64,000 bases of DNA, taken from positions 39,310,001 to 39,374,000 of the forward strand of contig NC_045696.1 of the NCBI RefSeq assembly GCF_009834535.1, read 5' to 3'. The stretch comes from Camelus ferus. Taxonomy: Eukaryota. The notes below the pieces were generated by a model. It did no database searches. It worked only from the letters and a program-made list of their open reading frames with translations, and was not told the DNA's origin. Of the stretch, positions 27,610-41,300 are shown piece after piece; positions within the stretch are counted from its first letter, which is position 1, and the number at the start of each line of letters is the position of its first letter. The translations under genes were made by a program, and so were the position numbers.

Positions 27610-30600
27610 GAGAAGTTGGTTGCCAAGATGGTGGAATAGGAAGACTCTAAAACCCACCTCATCCCATGGGCACACCAAAATTACAACCATATAAATATAA
27701 AGTGTTCATGAAAATGGCCAGAAGCCTAGCAAAAAAGATATTCTAAAGCTAAAGATATGAAGAAGGAAGCACACTGAAGTGGATATAAGAGGAGGAAATG
27801 CAGTAGAGTCAAGACCCATACCTTAGGTGGGTGACCCTTACATGGGAGGATATTTGCAATCGCATAGGTTGTCTCTAAGAGGGAGGAGTCTCAGTTCCAC
27901 ATTGGGCTCCTGGAAAGTCCTGCACCAGGAAGATGAGTAGATCTAAAGACACACACAAAATTAAAGTGAGGGGATAGGAAAAAGGTACTCTATACCAATT
28001 GAAATGAAAAGGAAGCAAAGCTTGCACCAGACAAAACAGACTTTAAAACAGACTGCAACAAGAGAGAAAGAAGAACATTTCACAATGACCAAGGCATTAA
28101 TCATATAACAAGATATAACAATTGTACATATTTATACATACAACATAGGAACACCTAAATATATGAAGCATATCTTAACAAACATAAAGGGATAAATTGA
28201 CAATGACATAATAATAAGGGACTTCAACACTCCAATTACATCAATGTAGAGATCATCCAGACAAATAATCAATAAGGAAAGACTGCTCTTAAACAACATA
28301 TTAGACCAAATGGATCTAACATATTTATATAAAACAACTCATCCAAAAGTAGTAGAGGACACAATCTTCTCAAGTGCACATGAAACATTTCCTGGATAGA
28401 TCACATGCTAGGCAGTAAAAATAGCCTTGGTATATTTAAGAAAATTAGAATCATATCAAGCATCTTTTCCTCACACAAGGCAATGAGATGACAAAGCAAC
28501 TACATGAAAAAACTGCAGAAAACACAAATAAAAAAGGCTAAACAATATGCTACTAAAAACCCAAAGGGTCACTGAAAAAAATTAAAGAACAAATGAAAAA
28601 CATCTAGATATAAACGAAATTTAAAACACAATGATCCAAAAATCTATGGTATGCAGCAAAAGCAGCTTAGAGGAACATTTATATTCATACACACCTACCT
28701 CAGGAAGCAAGAAAAATCTCAAATAAACAACCTAACCCTACACCTAGAGAAATTAGAAAAAGAACGAACAAGTCCAAAGTGAGTAGAAGGAAATAAATTA
28801 TAAAGATCAGAGCAGAAAGAAATGAAATAGAGACTAAAATACAATGGAGATGACCGGTGAGATTAAGACCTGGTTCACTGAAAAAAATACACAAAAATGA
28901 TGAAGCTTAGTCAGAGTCATAAAGAAAAAAAAGCAAAAATCAATAAAATCAGAAATGAAAAGGGAAAAGTTAAAATTAACACAACAGAAATAGAAATCAT
29001 AAGAAATCACTATGAACAATCATATACCAATCAAATGGACAACCAAGAATAAATGTACAAAGCTAGAAATGTACAATCTACCAGGACTGAACTATGAAAA
29101 ATATGAATAGAGCAATAACTAGTAATGAAATTGAATCAGTAATTTAAAAATTCCCAGCAACAGGAGTCCAGATCAGAAGGTTTCTTGGGTGAATTCTACC
29201 CAACATTTAGAGAAGACTTAACATCTATTCTTCTCAAACTATTTCAAAAAAATTGCAGGGGAAGAAATGCTTCCAAACTCATTCCGTAGGCCAGAATTAC
29301 CCCAATACTGAAACCAGACAAAGATACCATATAAAATGAAGAATTACAGGTCAATAACACTGATGAACTAAATGCAAAAAATCCTCAATAAAACAGCACA
29401 TCCGTTTGAGTTTATATGATTTGAGACTATCTATATAGTTTGACTCTATATGATTACCAGTCTAAAGCAAAGAGATATATAAATGGGTAAACATATTTGA
29501 AAAAACAAGGTAACCACAAATCAAAAGCATAAAATAGAATCACAAAGCCCAAAAAGAAAAGAAATAAAGCTAATACAAAAGAAAATTATCAAATCACACA
29601 CACAAAGAAAGGAACAAAGAAGAAATACAAAATCAGCTGGAAAACAAAGTATAAAATCGCAATAAACACACATTTATCAATAGTAACCATAAATGTCAAT
29701 GCACTAAATTCTCCAAACAAACAACACAGAGTGGCAGACTGGATAATAAAACAAGACCCTACAATATGCTGCATACAAGACACCCACTTTAGGGAAAGGA
29801 CACATAGATTGAAAGTGAGAGAACAGAAAAAGATATAGCATGCAAATGGAAATGACAAGAAAGCAGGGGTATCAATACTCATATAAGACAAAATAGACTT
29901 TAAAACAAAGGCCATACAGAAAGATAAAGAAGGACACAATATAATGATAAAAGCAACAATAAAAGAAGAGGCTACTACACTTGCTAACATATATTCACCC
30001 AATATAGAAGTACCCAAATAGAGAAAACAAATACTAACAAATATAAAGAGAGAAATTAGTGGGAATACAATAATAGTAAGAGACTTTGACACCCCACTAA
30101 CATCACTGGACAGGACTTCCAGACAGAAAAGTAGTAAGGCAATGGAGACACTACATGGCACAATGGAACAGTTAGACTTAATTTATATTTTTAGGACACT
30201 ACATCTCCAAAAAACAGAATATACATTCCTTTCAATTTCACATGAAACATTCTCTAGGATATACCATATACTAAGACACAAAAGAATTCTCAACAAACTT
30301 AAGAGGACAGAAATTATTTCAAACATCTTTTCTGACCACAATGGCATGAAACTAAAAATAAAACACAGAAAGAAAAATAAGAAGAAAATGACTGCATGGA
30401 GACTAAACAACATGCTACTAAAAAACCAATGGATCTATGATGAAATCAAAGACGAAAATTTAAAAATACCATGAGACCAATGACAATGAAAACACAACCA
30501 CACACAATCTATGGGATGCAGTAAAAGAGTACTACAAGGGAAGTTCATAGTGATAAAAGCCTTCCTCAAAAAATAACAATCTCAAATAAACAACCAAGCC

Positions 30601-32986
30601 TACCATCTAAAAAAAAATAGAAAAAGAAGAACAAACAAAATCCAAAGTCACCAGAAGGAAAGAAATAATAAAGATCAGAGAGGAAATAAATGAAACAGAA
30701 ATTTTGAGAACAATGGGAAAAAAATCAATCAAAACAAGAACTGGTTTTTTGAAAGAGTAAACAAAATCAACAAACCTCTGGCCAGGCTCACCCAAGAAGA
30801 AAAGAGAGAGGACACAAACAAAATAAAAAAAGAAAATGGAGAAATTACAAACACCACCACAAAAATACAAAGAAATCATAAGAGAATACTATGAACAACT
30901 ATATGGAAACAAGCCGGACAATTATAGGCCAATATTGCTGATGAACATAGATTCAACAATTCTCAACAAAATATTAGCAAACAGAATTCAACAACACATA
31001 AAAAAGATCACACACTATGATGAAGTTGGATTCATACCAGGGACACAAGAATGGTTCAACATATGTATCAATCAATATGATACACCACATCAACAAAAGA
31101 AAGGACAAAAATCACATGATCATCTCAATAGACGTAGAAAAAGCATTTGATAAACTTCACCACCCACTTATAATAAAAACTCTTACCAAAGTGGGTATAG
31201 AGGGAACATATCTCAACATAATAAAAGCTATTTATGACAAACCCACTGTCAACATAATACTCAACAGTGAAAAGCTGAAAGCCTTCTTGCTAAAATCTGG
31301 AACAAGACAACGATGTCCACTATCAGCACTTCTATTCAACATAGTATTGGAAATCCTAATCTTAGTAATCATACAATAAAAATAAGATGGATCCAAATCG
31401 GAAGAGAAGAGGTACAATTGTCACTATATGCAGATGACATGATACTATGCATAGAAAACCCAAAAGCTCCACACAAAACCTACTAGAACTGATAAAATAA
31501 TTCAGCAAGCTAGCAGGATACAAGAGTAACAAACAGAAGTCAGTTGCATTTATTTACACTAACAATGAAATATCAGTAAAGGAAAGCACAGAAACAATCC
31601 TTTCTAAAATTGCATCAAAAAACAAAATGCAATACTTAGGAAGGAACCTAAACAAGGAGGTGAAAGACTTATACATGGAAAAACTACAAAACACTGATTA
31701 AGGAAATTAAAGAAGAATTTTTTTTTAATGGAGAGATATCCCATGTTCCTGGATTGGAAGAATCAATATTGTTAAAATGGTCATACAGCCCAAGGCAATC
31801 TACAGATTTAATGCAATCCCTATCAAATTACCCAGGACATTTTTCACAGAACTAGAACAAATAATCCTAAAATTTATATGGAATCACAAAAGATCCAGAA
31901 TTGCCAAAGCAATACCTGAAGAAAAAAGACAAAGCTGGAGCCAAAATCTTCCTGGACTTCAGACTATATTAAAGAGCTACAGTAGTCAAAAAGCATGGTA
32001 CTGGCACAAAGAGAGACATGTGGATCAATGGAACAGAACAGAGAGCTTAGAAATAAATCCAGACACGTTTAGTCAATTAATCTTCAACAAACGAGGCCAG
32101 AATATACAATGGAGAAAAGACAGTCTCTTCAGCAAGTCGTGTTGGGAAAGCTGGATGGATGCATATAAATCAATGAAGTCAGAACATTCCCTCACAACAT
32201 ACAATAAACTCAAAATGCTTTAAAGACCTCAACATAAGACACTACAAATCTCCTGGAAGAAAACATAGACAAAACACTCTCTAACACAAATCTCAGCAAT
32301 GTTCTCCTGGGGCAGTCTATCCATGCAATAGAAATAAAAGCAAAAATAAACTAATGGGACCTAATGAAACTTATAAGCTTTGGCACAGCAAAGGAGACTA
32401 TAAACAAAACAAAAGGCCTATGGAATGGAAAAAATATCTACAAATGATGCAACTGATAAGAGCTTAATCTCCAGAATATACGAAAAGTTTATACAACTTA
32501 ATAACAAAAAACTGTCCAAAAATGGGCAGGAAACCCAAACAAGTAATTTTCCAATGAAGCCATACAAATGGCCAATAGGCACATGAAAAGATGCTCAACA
32601 TCACTAATTATCAGAGAAATGCAAATCAAAACTACAATGAGGTATCACCTCACACCAGGCAGAATGGTCATAATTAAAAAGTCCACAATGAATTCTAGAG
32701 AGGATGTGGAGAAAACAGGAACCCACCTACACTGTTGGTGGGAATGTAATTTGGTACAGCCATTATGGAAAACACTATGGAGATTTCTTAAAAACTAAAA
32801 ATAGCTTTACCCTTTGATTCAGTAATCCCACTCCTGGGTATACATCTGGAGAAAACCCAATTTGAAAAGATACACTGCCCCCAGTATTCATAGCAGCACT
32901 ATTTACAATAACAAGGACATAGAATCAACCTAAATGTCCATTGACAGATGACTGAATAAGGAAGTCATGGTGTGTATCTGTGCATG

Positions 32987-33034
<48 letters not shown>

Positions 33035-36000
33035 AATACTACTCAGCCATTAAAAATAATGAAAGAATGCCATTTGCTGCAATATGGATGGAACTGGACA
33101 TTGTCATTCTAAATGAAGTAAGCCAGAAAGAGAAAGAAAAATACCACATAATATCACTTACATGTGGAATCTAAAAACAAAAGACATAAGTGAACTTACT
33201 TACAAAATGGAAAAAAGACTCAGACATAGAAAACAAACTTAGGGTTCCCAAGGTGGGAAGGGGTAGGAAGGGATAAATTGGAAGTTCGAGGTTTGCAGAT
33301 AGTAACTACAATATATAAAATAGAAACAACAAGTTTATACTGTATAGCACAGGGAACTATATTCAATATCTTACAACAACCTATGATGAAAAATATGAAA
33401 ATAAATATATGTATGTATATATACAACTGCAACATTTTGCTGTACACCAGAAATTGATACATTGTAAACTAATTACAATACAAAAAAAAGAATAAAAAAA
33501 GAAATTTTTTAAAAAACTTTAACATATCAAATTCAACAGTACATTAAAAAAAAATCATATACCATGATCAAGTGGGATTTATCCCAAGGATGAAAGGATG
33601 GTTTAATATCCACAAATCAATCAAAAACTACATTAATTAATTTAAAAAGAATCATATCATCTCAATAGATGCAGAAAAAACTTTTTAGAAAATTCAACAT
33701 TTATCATAAAACTCTTCAGAAAAATGGGTATAGAGGCAACTTACCTCAACATAATAAAGGCCATATATGACAAGACCACAGCTAACATCACACTCAATGG
33801 AGAAAAGCTGAAAGCATTTCCTTAAGATCAGGATAAAGACAAGGATACCCATTTTTGCCACTTTTATTCAACATAGTATTGGAAGTCCCAGTAATGACAA
33901 TTAGACAAGAAAAAGAAATAAAAGGAATCCAAATCGGAAAGGAAGAAGAAGAAAACTGTCACTGCTGGCAGATGAAATGAAAGCATACACAGGAAATCCT
34001 CAAGACATTACCAAAAAACTACTAGAACACATCAATGAGTTCAGCAAAATTGCAAGACACAAAATTAATATACAGAAATCTGTTGCATTTCTGCACACTA
34101 ACTACAAATTATTAGAAAGAGAAAGCAAGAAATAAATCCCATTTACAATCACATCAAAAAGAATAAAATACATAGGATTAAATATCAGCATGGGAAGTAA
34201 AAACCTTGTTCTCAGAAAATTTTGAGACACTGATGAAAGAAAATGAACATGACACAGATGGAAAGATACACTGTGTTTATCAACTAGAAGAACTTGTTAA
34301 AAAGATAATACTATCCAAGGCAAAATACAGATTCAATGAAATCTCTATCAAATAACCAAGGGCATTTCTCACAGAACTAGAAAAAAAAATTCTAAAATTT
34401 GATGGGAAACCCAAAAGACCCTGAATAACTAAAACAATCTTGAGAAAGAACAAAGCTGAAGGTTATCACACTTCCTGACTTCAGACTATTAGAAAGCTAC
34501 AGTCATCAATATAACATGGTCTTGGCACAAAAAAAGACACACAAATCAATGGAATAGAATAGAGAGACCAGAAATGAATTCACACTTACATGTACAATTA
34601 ATCTACAACAAAGGAGACAAGAATACATAATAGGAAAAAGACAGCCTCTTCAATAAACGGTGCTGGAAAATTGGACTGCAACATGCAAAAGAATCAAACT
34701 GGACTACTCTCTCACACTATGCACAAAAATTAATTCAAAATGAAACCATAAAACTTTTAGAAGGAAACATAGGCAGTATGTTCTTTTACATTGGTCTTAG
34801 TAATATCTCTTGGGTATATTATCTCAGGCAAGGGAAACATAAGCAAAAATAAACAAATGGGACTATATCAGACTAGAAAGCTTTTGCACAGTAAAGGAAA
34901 CTATCAATAAAATGAAATGGCAGCCTACAGAATGGGAGAATATATTCTCAAATAATACATCTGCTAAGGGGTTAATACCCAAAACATGCAAGAGCTCATA
35001 CAACACAACATCAAAAACAACAACAACAAAAACAAGCAACCTGATTTTAAAATAGGCAGAGAATATGAACAGACATTTTTCCAAGAAAGATATACAAATG
35101 ACCAACAGGCATGTGAAAAATGCTCAACATCACTAATTATCAGGAGAATGCATATCAAAACCACAGTAAGATATCATCTCACACTTGGCTATCATCCAAA
35201 AGAAAAAAAAATGAGCATTGGCGAGGATGTGGAGAAAAAGGAACCTTCCTAAACTGTTGGTAGCATATGAACCGGTGCAGCCACTATGGAAAACAGAGTG
35301 GAGACTCCTAAAAAAATTAAAGACAGAACTACCTACCATATGATCCAGAAATTCCACTCCTTGGCATTTATCCAAGGAAAACAAAAACATTAATTAGAAA
35401 AGATATATGCACTCCTATGTTGATTGCAGCATTATTTACAATAGTCAATATACAGAAGCAACTTAAGTGCCCATTAATAGATGAGTGATTGAAAAGATGT
35501 GGTACACATATTCAAGAGAAAAATACTTAGCCATTAAAAATGATTGAAATCTTGCCATTTGTGACAACATGGAAGGACCTATAGGGTATTATGCTTAATG
35601 AAACAAGTCAGAGAAAGGCAAATGCTGTATGATTTCACTTACATGTGGAATATAAAAAATACAACACATGAACAACCGTAACAAAATAGAAACAAAACAG
35701 AGAACAAACAGCTGGCTGCCAGAGGGGAAGAGCGTGCAGGGAGGAAAGAAATAGGTGAGGGAGATTAAGCAGTACAAAGTTACAGTTTCAAAATAACTGA
35801 GTCACAGGTATCCAAAGTACAGTGTGGGGAACATAGTCAGTATCTATGTAATATCTTCATATAGTGACATATATACTTCCAGTGGTGATTATTTTGAAAC
35901 ATACAGAAATATTAAATCACTGTGTCATGAACCAGGAACTACTATAGTGTCGTAGGTCAATTTCACTTCAAAAACAAACATGCAAACTCATAGAAAGATC

Positions 36001-36386
36001 ATATTTGTGGTCATCAGAGGCACACGGTGAGAAGGGGAGGAGGAATTGGATGATGGTAGTCGAAAGGTGCCAACTCCCAGTTATAATACAAATAAGTACT
36101 AAGGATGTAATGTACAACATGATAAATATAATTAACACATGATAAGTATAATTAATATCACTTTATATATATTTTATATGAAAGCTGTTAAGAGAGTAAA
36201 TCCTAAGAGTTCTCATCAAAGAAAAAAAATTTCCATTTCTTTAATTTTGTATTTGTATGAGATGATGTATGTTCACTCAACTTATTGTGATAATCATTTC
36301 ATAATGTATGTAAGTTAAATCATTATGTTGTATACCTGAAACATACAGTTCTGTATGTCAATACATCTCAATAAAACTGGAAAAAA
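27610..36386 (+). mobile_element. Older L1 (5'UTR joined to ORF2, through 3'UTR), interrupted by a younger L1 at ~29400-33515
   Basis: CCAAGATGG 5' end. ORF2 runs to KILNK at ~29390, resumes at IQQYIKK..YHDQVGF at ~33530, and ends TCTCAATAAAACTGGAAAAAA. Confidence 0.85.
29400..33515 (+). mobile_element. Younger 5'-truncated L1 (inter-ORF, ORF2, 3'UTR, A tail)
   Basis: Endonuclease (ICCIQDTH, FSDHNGMKL), RT (YADDM), C-terminal CWWEC, and (CA)n at 32990-33031. Confidence 0.92.
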
Positions 36387-37853
36387 TCACTATGATACTG
36401 GCATGAAAACAGACACATACATCAATGGAACAGAATGGAGAGTTCAGAAATAAATCCACACATACAAGGTCAACTAATCTTTAACAAGGGCACCAAGAAT
36501 ACACAACAGGAAAAAGACAGTCTCTCCATAAATGGTGGTGGGAAAATTGGATATTCACATGCAAGAGAATGAAATTGGACATTGATCTTACACCACTCAC
36601 AAAAATAATCTCAAAATGGACTGAATACTTAAATGTAAGTCCATAAAACTCACAGAAGAAAACATATGGGAAAAGCCTCTTGACATTGGTCTTGGCAATG
36701 ATTTTTTTTTGGATTTGACACCCGAGCAAAAGTTAAAAAAAAAAAAAAAGCGAAAATAAACAAGTGGGACTACATCAAACTAAAAATACTCTGCACAGCA
36801 GAGGAAACCATTACCAAAATGAAAACGCAACCTAAGGAATGAGAGAAAATATTGACAATACATGTATTTGAAAAGGGGTTAATATCCAAAATATATAAGA
36901 AACTCAATAGAATAATAATAATAATTCTATTTAAAGTGAGCAGAGAACATTAATAGACACTTTTCCAAAGAAGATATATATATAAGGTGGAAGAAAAAAG
37001 CTCAACATTACTAATCATCAAGGAAATACAAATCAAAACCGTACTGAAATATCATCTCACATCTGTTATAAGAGCTATCATCAAGGAGACAAGAGATGAG
37101 TGTTTGCAATGATCTGAAGAAAAAGGAACCCTCATGTACTATTGGTAGGAACGTAAATTGGTACAGTCACTAAAATACAGCATGAAGGTTTTCCAAAAGT
37201 TAAAACAGGACTACCATATAATCCAGCAATCTCATTTCTGGTTATACATCCTAAGAAAATGAAATTATTATCTTGAAGAGAAACCTGCACCCACAAGTTC
37301 ACTACAGCATTATTCACAATAGTCAAAACAAAAAACAACCTAACTGTCCGTGGTGGAATGAACAGATGTAGAGCATGTGATGCACGCACACACAATGGAA
37401 TCTTATTCAGCCATAAAAAGAACGAAATCCTGCCATTTGAAACAATATGGATGAACTTTGAGGACATGCTAAATCATAAAAAAAAAAACCAACTTATAGA
37501 CACAGAGTAGGATGCTGGTAGTCAAGGGCTGAGGACCGGGGAAATGGCGCGATGTTGGTCAAACGGTAAAAACTCCCAGTTATGACAATACAACTATAGT
37601 TATAGTTGACAATACTGTTTTATACACTTAAAATCTGCTGAAAGAGTAAATACTGAAAGTTCACACCACACACCCAAAAAAGGGTAATTATGGAAGGTAG
37701 GTAATTAAAGTCATGTCGCAATCACAATCACTTCACAATATATACCTGTATCAAATCATTACATTGTACCACTTAAACTGACACAGTGACGTATGTCAAT
37801 TATATCTCAAAAAGACAGCAAAAAAAAAAAAAAAAAAAAAGGAAGGAAAAAAA
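36387..37853 (+). mobile_element. L1 (L1MA-like) 3' part with poly(A)
   Basis: ORF2 C-terminal homology from YWHENRHI, then 3'UTR and an A-run at 37820-37853. Confidence 0.85.
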
Positions 37854-37899
37854 GGTACTTACCACTATGCATCTACCTGAGGCTGTTCCTCAGGGGAAA

Positions 37900-38370
37900 G
37901 GCTCCAGGAACCGGCAGCGGCCGCCTCCTAAAATGAATTCCAGACACTTCCCTGATGCCAGGAGGAACTGGCCCTGAGAGTATGCACTGCAACAGGGTGC
38001 TTGGGTAGCTGTGGCCTGGGACCTTGGCCGACCTCGGTGCGGTGCCCCAGTGCCCACTCAGAAGCTGGCACAGCCGCCTGGGGCCTGCCGCCTCCGCCTC
38101 GGGAAGCAGACAGACCACGGGTCCCCTGCGCATGCGCACTTCACTCCCCCGTGCTGGCCTCGGGCGGTCGCGCGCCTGCTGTCTTTCTGCCAGGAGCGCA
38201 GTCGTCAGTGCCCCACACCTGGCGGGGCTCCTGGAGTGAGGTGCTTCTGCGTTGTGACTCTGACCTGGGCGCTGGGGGAGGCTTCCGTCAGGCTTCAGTC
38301 AAGATTAGGATTTGCTTCATAGGTTGCATTGGCCAGACTGCTCACAAACGGGTCCGAGAGGAGGAGCACC
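37900..38370. promoter_or_regulatory. CpG island with promoter-like motifs
   Basis: About 27 CpGs counted by eye in ~450 bp of GC-rich DNA within an otherwise CpG-depleted window. TGCGCATGCGCA at 38127-38138, GGCGGGGC at 38221-38228, and ETS-like CGGGAAG and CTTCCG. Confidence 0.8.
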
Positions 38371-41300
38371 CTGGTGTTTCTCATCCCAGGCATTTAATTT
38401 TGATGTATATTTTTGCTTATGGATAGGGAGATATTTCAGCTTAATATTTTTAAGTTAAAATGCTCTTTCCAATATGATCTCACTTTCTTAAAGGAATATG
38501 AGAAACATTCTGAAAGAATATATTTAAAATGACAGTAGTAACTTCACGTAGCCACCAAGGGTGTCTATTTCTTTAAATTTTAGCTTCCTTTTATACATTT
38601 CTGATTTTATGTCTTCGTTTCATTTTTTTCTATGAGTATGTATGAAAGTAATCATTTTATAGTAATAACTTTTCATTCTAATGAATGTAAATTTATAAAG
38701 AACTGGTGGACATTGGCATTCTTTTCTGCCGTAAAAGTTACCTTCACTTACTGTTTTTAATGCCTGTGTCAGATTGACATGTCCAAGTCAGGTTGGCTTG
38801 ATGCAGAATCTACTCCTCAGGTTGGAAAGCCACCTTAAGTCAGTGATGGAGTCAGTGTATTGCTCATTTACTAAAAGAGAAAAGCCAGCCTGTTTCTCCC
38901 AAACACTAGGGCTTGAAGGGACCAATCATAGTAATCTCACTTCACCCTCCCTGGAAGTGCTCTGATTATGGGCTGATTCAGAGCCCCAGCAGGAACCCAG
39001 AATAGAGAGTGATGAGGTTGAGCAACCAGCTATAATGAGCCCAGGAACCTGCACATACACTTACACAAGTGGAAGGGAGACCAGATAGGAGAACCAAGGG
39101 GAGAATGGAACCAGAGAGAGCTGCTCTAAGTAAACAGATCTGGAGAAGATGAGGAAGCAGACAGCAATAGGGATAGACACAGACTGGAGTAAGGAAAATG
39201 GAAAAGAGAGTGAGGTAGAAGAAAGGGAGCTACACAATGAAGGGAAATACTGTAGAGGCTACTCCAGAGTGTGTGTCACTCACTTAAGGAGAAATGAAAT
39301 GACACCGAGCTTGATCTAGTGGTGATTACATTAGATGAGTATATTAACAGGTAAAAATGCATTGGACTGCACACATAAGACAAATATATATATTACATGT
39401 GCATTATATCTTAATTTTTTAAAATACATCAAACTTCAATGGTGAACTCAGATTCTGATAGCTGAAAGGCCCCTGGTAATTGAGGAAGGAAGTCAAGAAG
39501 AATCCATTCACACTAACAGGGAGCAAAGTAAAAACAAAAACTTGAAGAAAAAAATTATGATTTTCCAAAAAAGTACCAAATGGCAATTCCTTTTCTTTCC
39601 TTCAACTCAAGCTGCACCGCTATCTTAATCGTCAAGATTATAAATATAAATAACTTGATATATATATATATATCAATATAAATTTATAATATCAATAACT
39701 GATATTTATGTTTAATATAAATAACTTGATATTTATATCAATTATACAAATATATCAAAATATTGATATGTATATAATATTAATATAAATGAGATTCTGA
39801 TATAGGGCACCAAAATGAAACAACTTAAAGATGCTTCTTTTTTTTCAGCTCCAGATTAGAAAATACTTAAGATTCTTTTGGATAAAGAAGTCATATTCGC
39901 TAAAAATCATTAATACCTCCTTGAAGATGAAACTTTTGTCTTTTGAGGTTTTGTTGTTGGTACTAAGTTATATTTGTATAAGGCTTCTGTTCTCAATCAA
40001 AGCAGCCATTGTTATTGTTACTAAGTGCTTTTGTAGTTGGCAGGCCTCACATTTTACAAGAGAAGGAGGGCAAGAAATATTTATTGACTAAATTACTGTG
40101 GTTTGATGGTGCTGGGAATTCAGGCCAATAGCAATTCAAGGTACCATTTTAAAGCTGAAGACAAGAGTGTAGAGGTCCTTTATGAAACAAACCTTTGATA
40201 CAGACTATCTAGGGACCAGGAACTAGAGTAATTTGCCTGAGATTGGATTGTTGTCATTTCCTTAATAATAAGAATTGGTTATCAGCTTGCTGGAGAGATT
40301 TTCTAGGGCTCTTTGTTTCACATAATGAAAGTGTGATTCTTGAAGGATAGTCTTAGCCCTCCTTGCTAAGGATGTCTCTGGCCCAAAGGGCTGCCTCAAT
40401 ACAAACTGTTTCTCATTCTGACACCCCTTTACCAGAAATCCCTATTGGTTTCCTAATAATGTCTATTGTGCATTGTTTGCAAATGAAACAAAACTTATTT
40501 GCAACTGTGTAACTTATTCAACTCCCAGTCTCTAAGGGCCAAACTTTTAATAAAGTCTCCAGTGAGGACAGTCAGGTTTACTACACATTTCACTGGATAT
40601 TATTAATTCACGCAAATCTCCCCCAGCTAACTAGTTACAGTTATAATTAACCAAATCATACACAGACATAAGTAATTTTAGTAGTATGCTCTAAAAAATG
40701 AAAAGACACAAGCATTAAACAAGACAGCAGTATTTATAATAAAGTTACTACTCTAGTATAATAAAGTTTCATAGTGTCTGCAAAAGTATCCACTATTAAT
40801 GAAAGCTTGTCTTGGCTCCCCTTCATACAGTGTTTCTGTGTTAAAAGAACTGTTCACTGGTTTGAACAAGCTCTCTTATGTATCCGTAAGACAAAATTTC
40901 CACATTTTCCTGTGGGACCAGCTCAGTGTTATGGTGTACTTCTGACCACCTGTTTACTGCAAGCAACACCCTGCTCTACACTTCTCAGGACCCACTCAAT
41001 GATTATGCCATTTGACAGACAGTACCATTTCAGTATATACTGTCAGTTACAGAAAAATAAAATTTTACCTATTAATCAAAATATGGGAAATAATTTGATC
41101 AAAATTGATCTAATTGATCTCGTTTGTGTCCCACTTGTGCAGAGCCTGAAACATAGGAGCTGAGAATCATGGGATCCAGTCCTGAACGAGCCTAGTAGAA
41201 GGAACTGACATGAGAGATGTTATAAAGGAAGAATCCATGGGACTTGATGACAGCTTGATAACAAAGTGGATATGGGCAGTGAGGATAATAGTGTCTTAGA

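Noticed and set aside
29589..30161. 190-aa hydrophobic minus-strand ORF (and similar ones at 1464, 2552, 4203, 30607)
   Set aside because: Antisense to A-rich L1 coding sequence; the hydrophobicity follows from T-richness.
37873..38426. Several overlapping ORFs of 71-141 aa
   Set aside because: Expected from stop-codon scarcity in GC-rich DNA; no recognisable domain.
40774..41163. 129-aa ORF in unique-looking sequence
   Set aside because: GTG start, no OR or other recognisable motifs.
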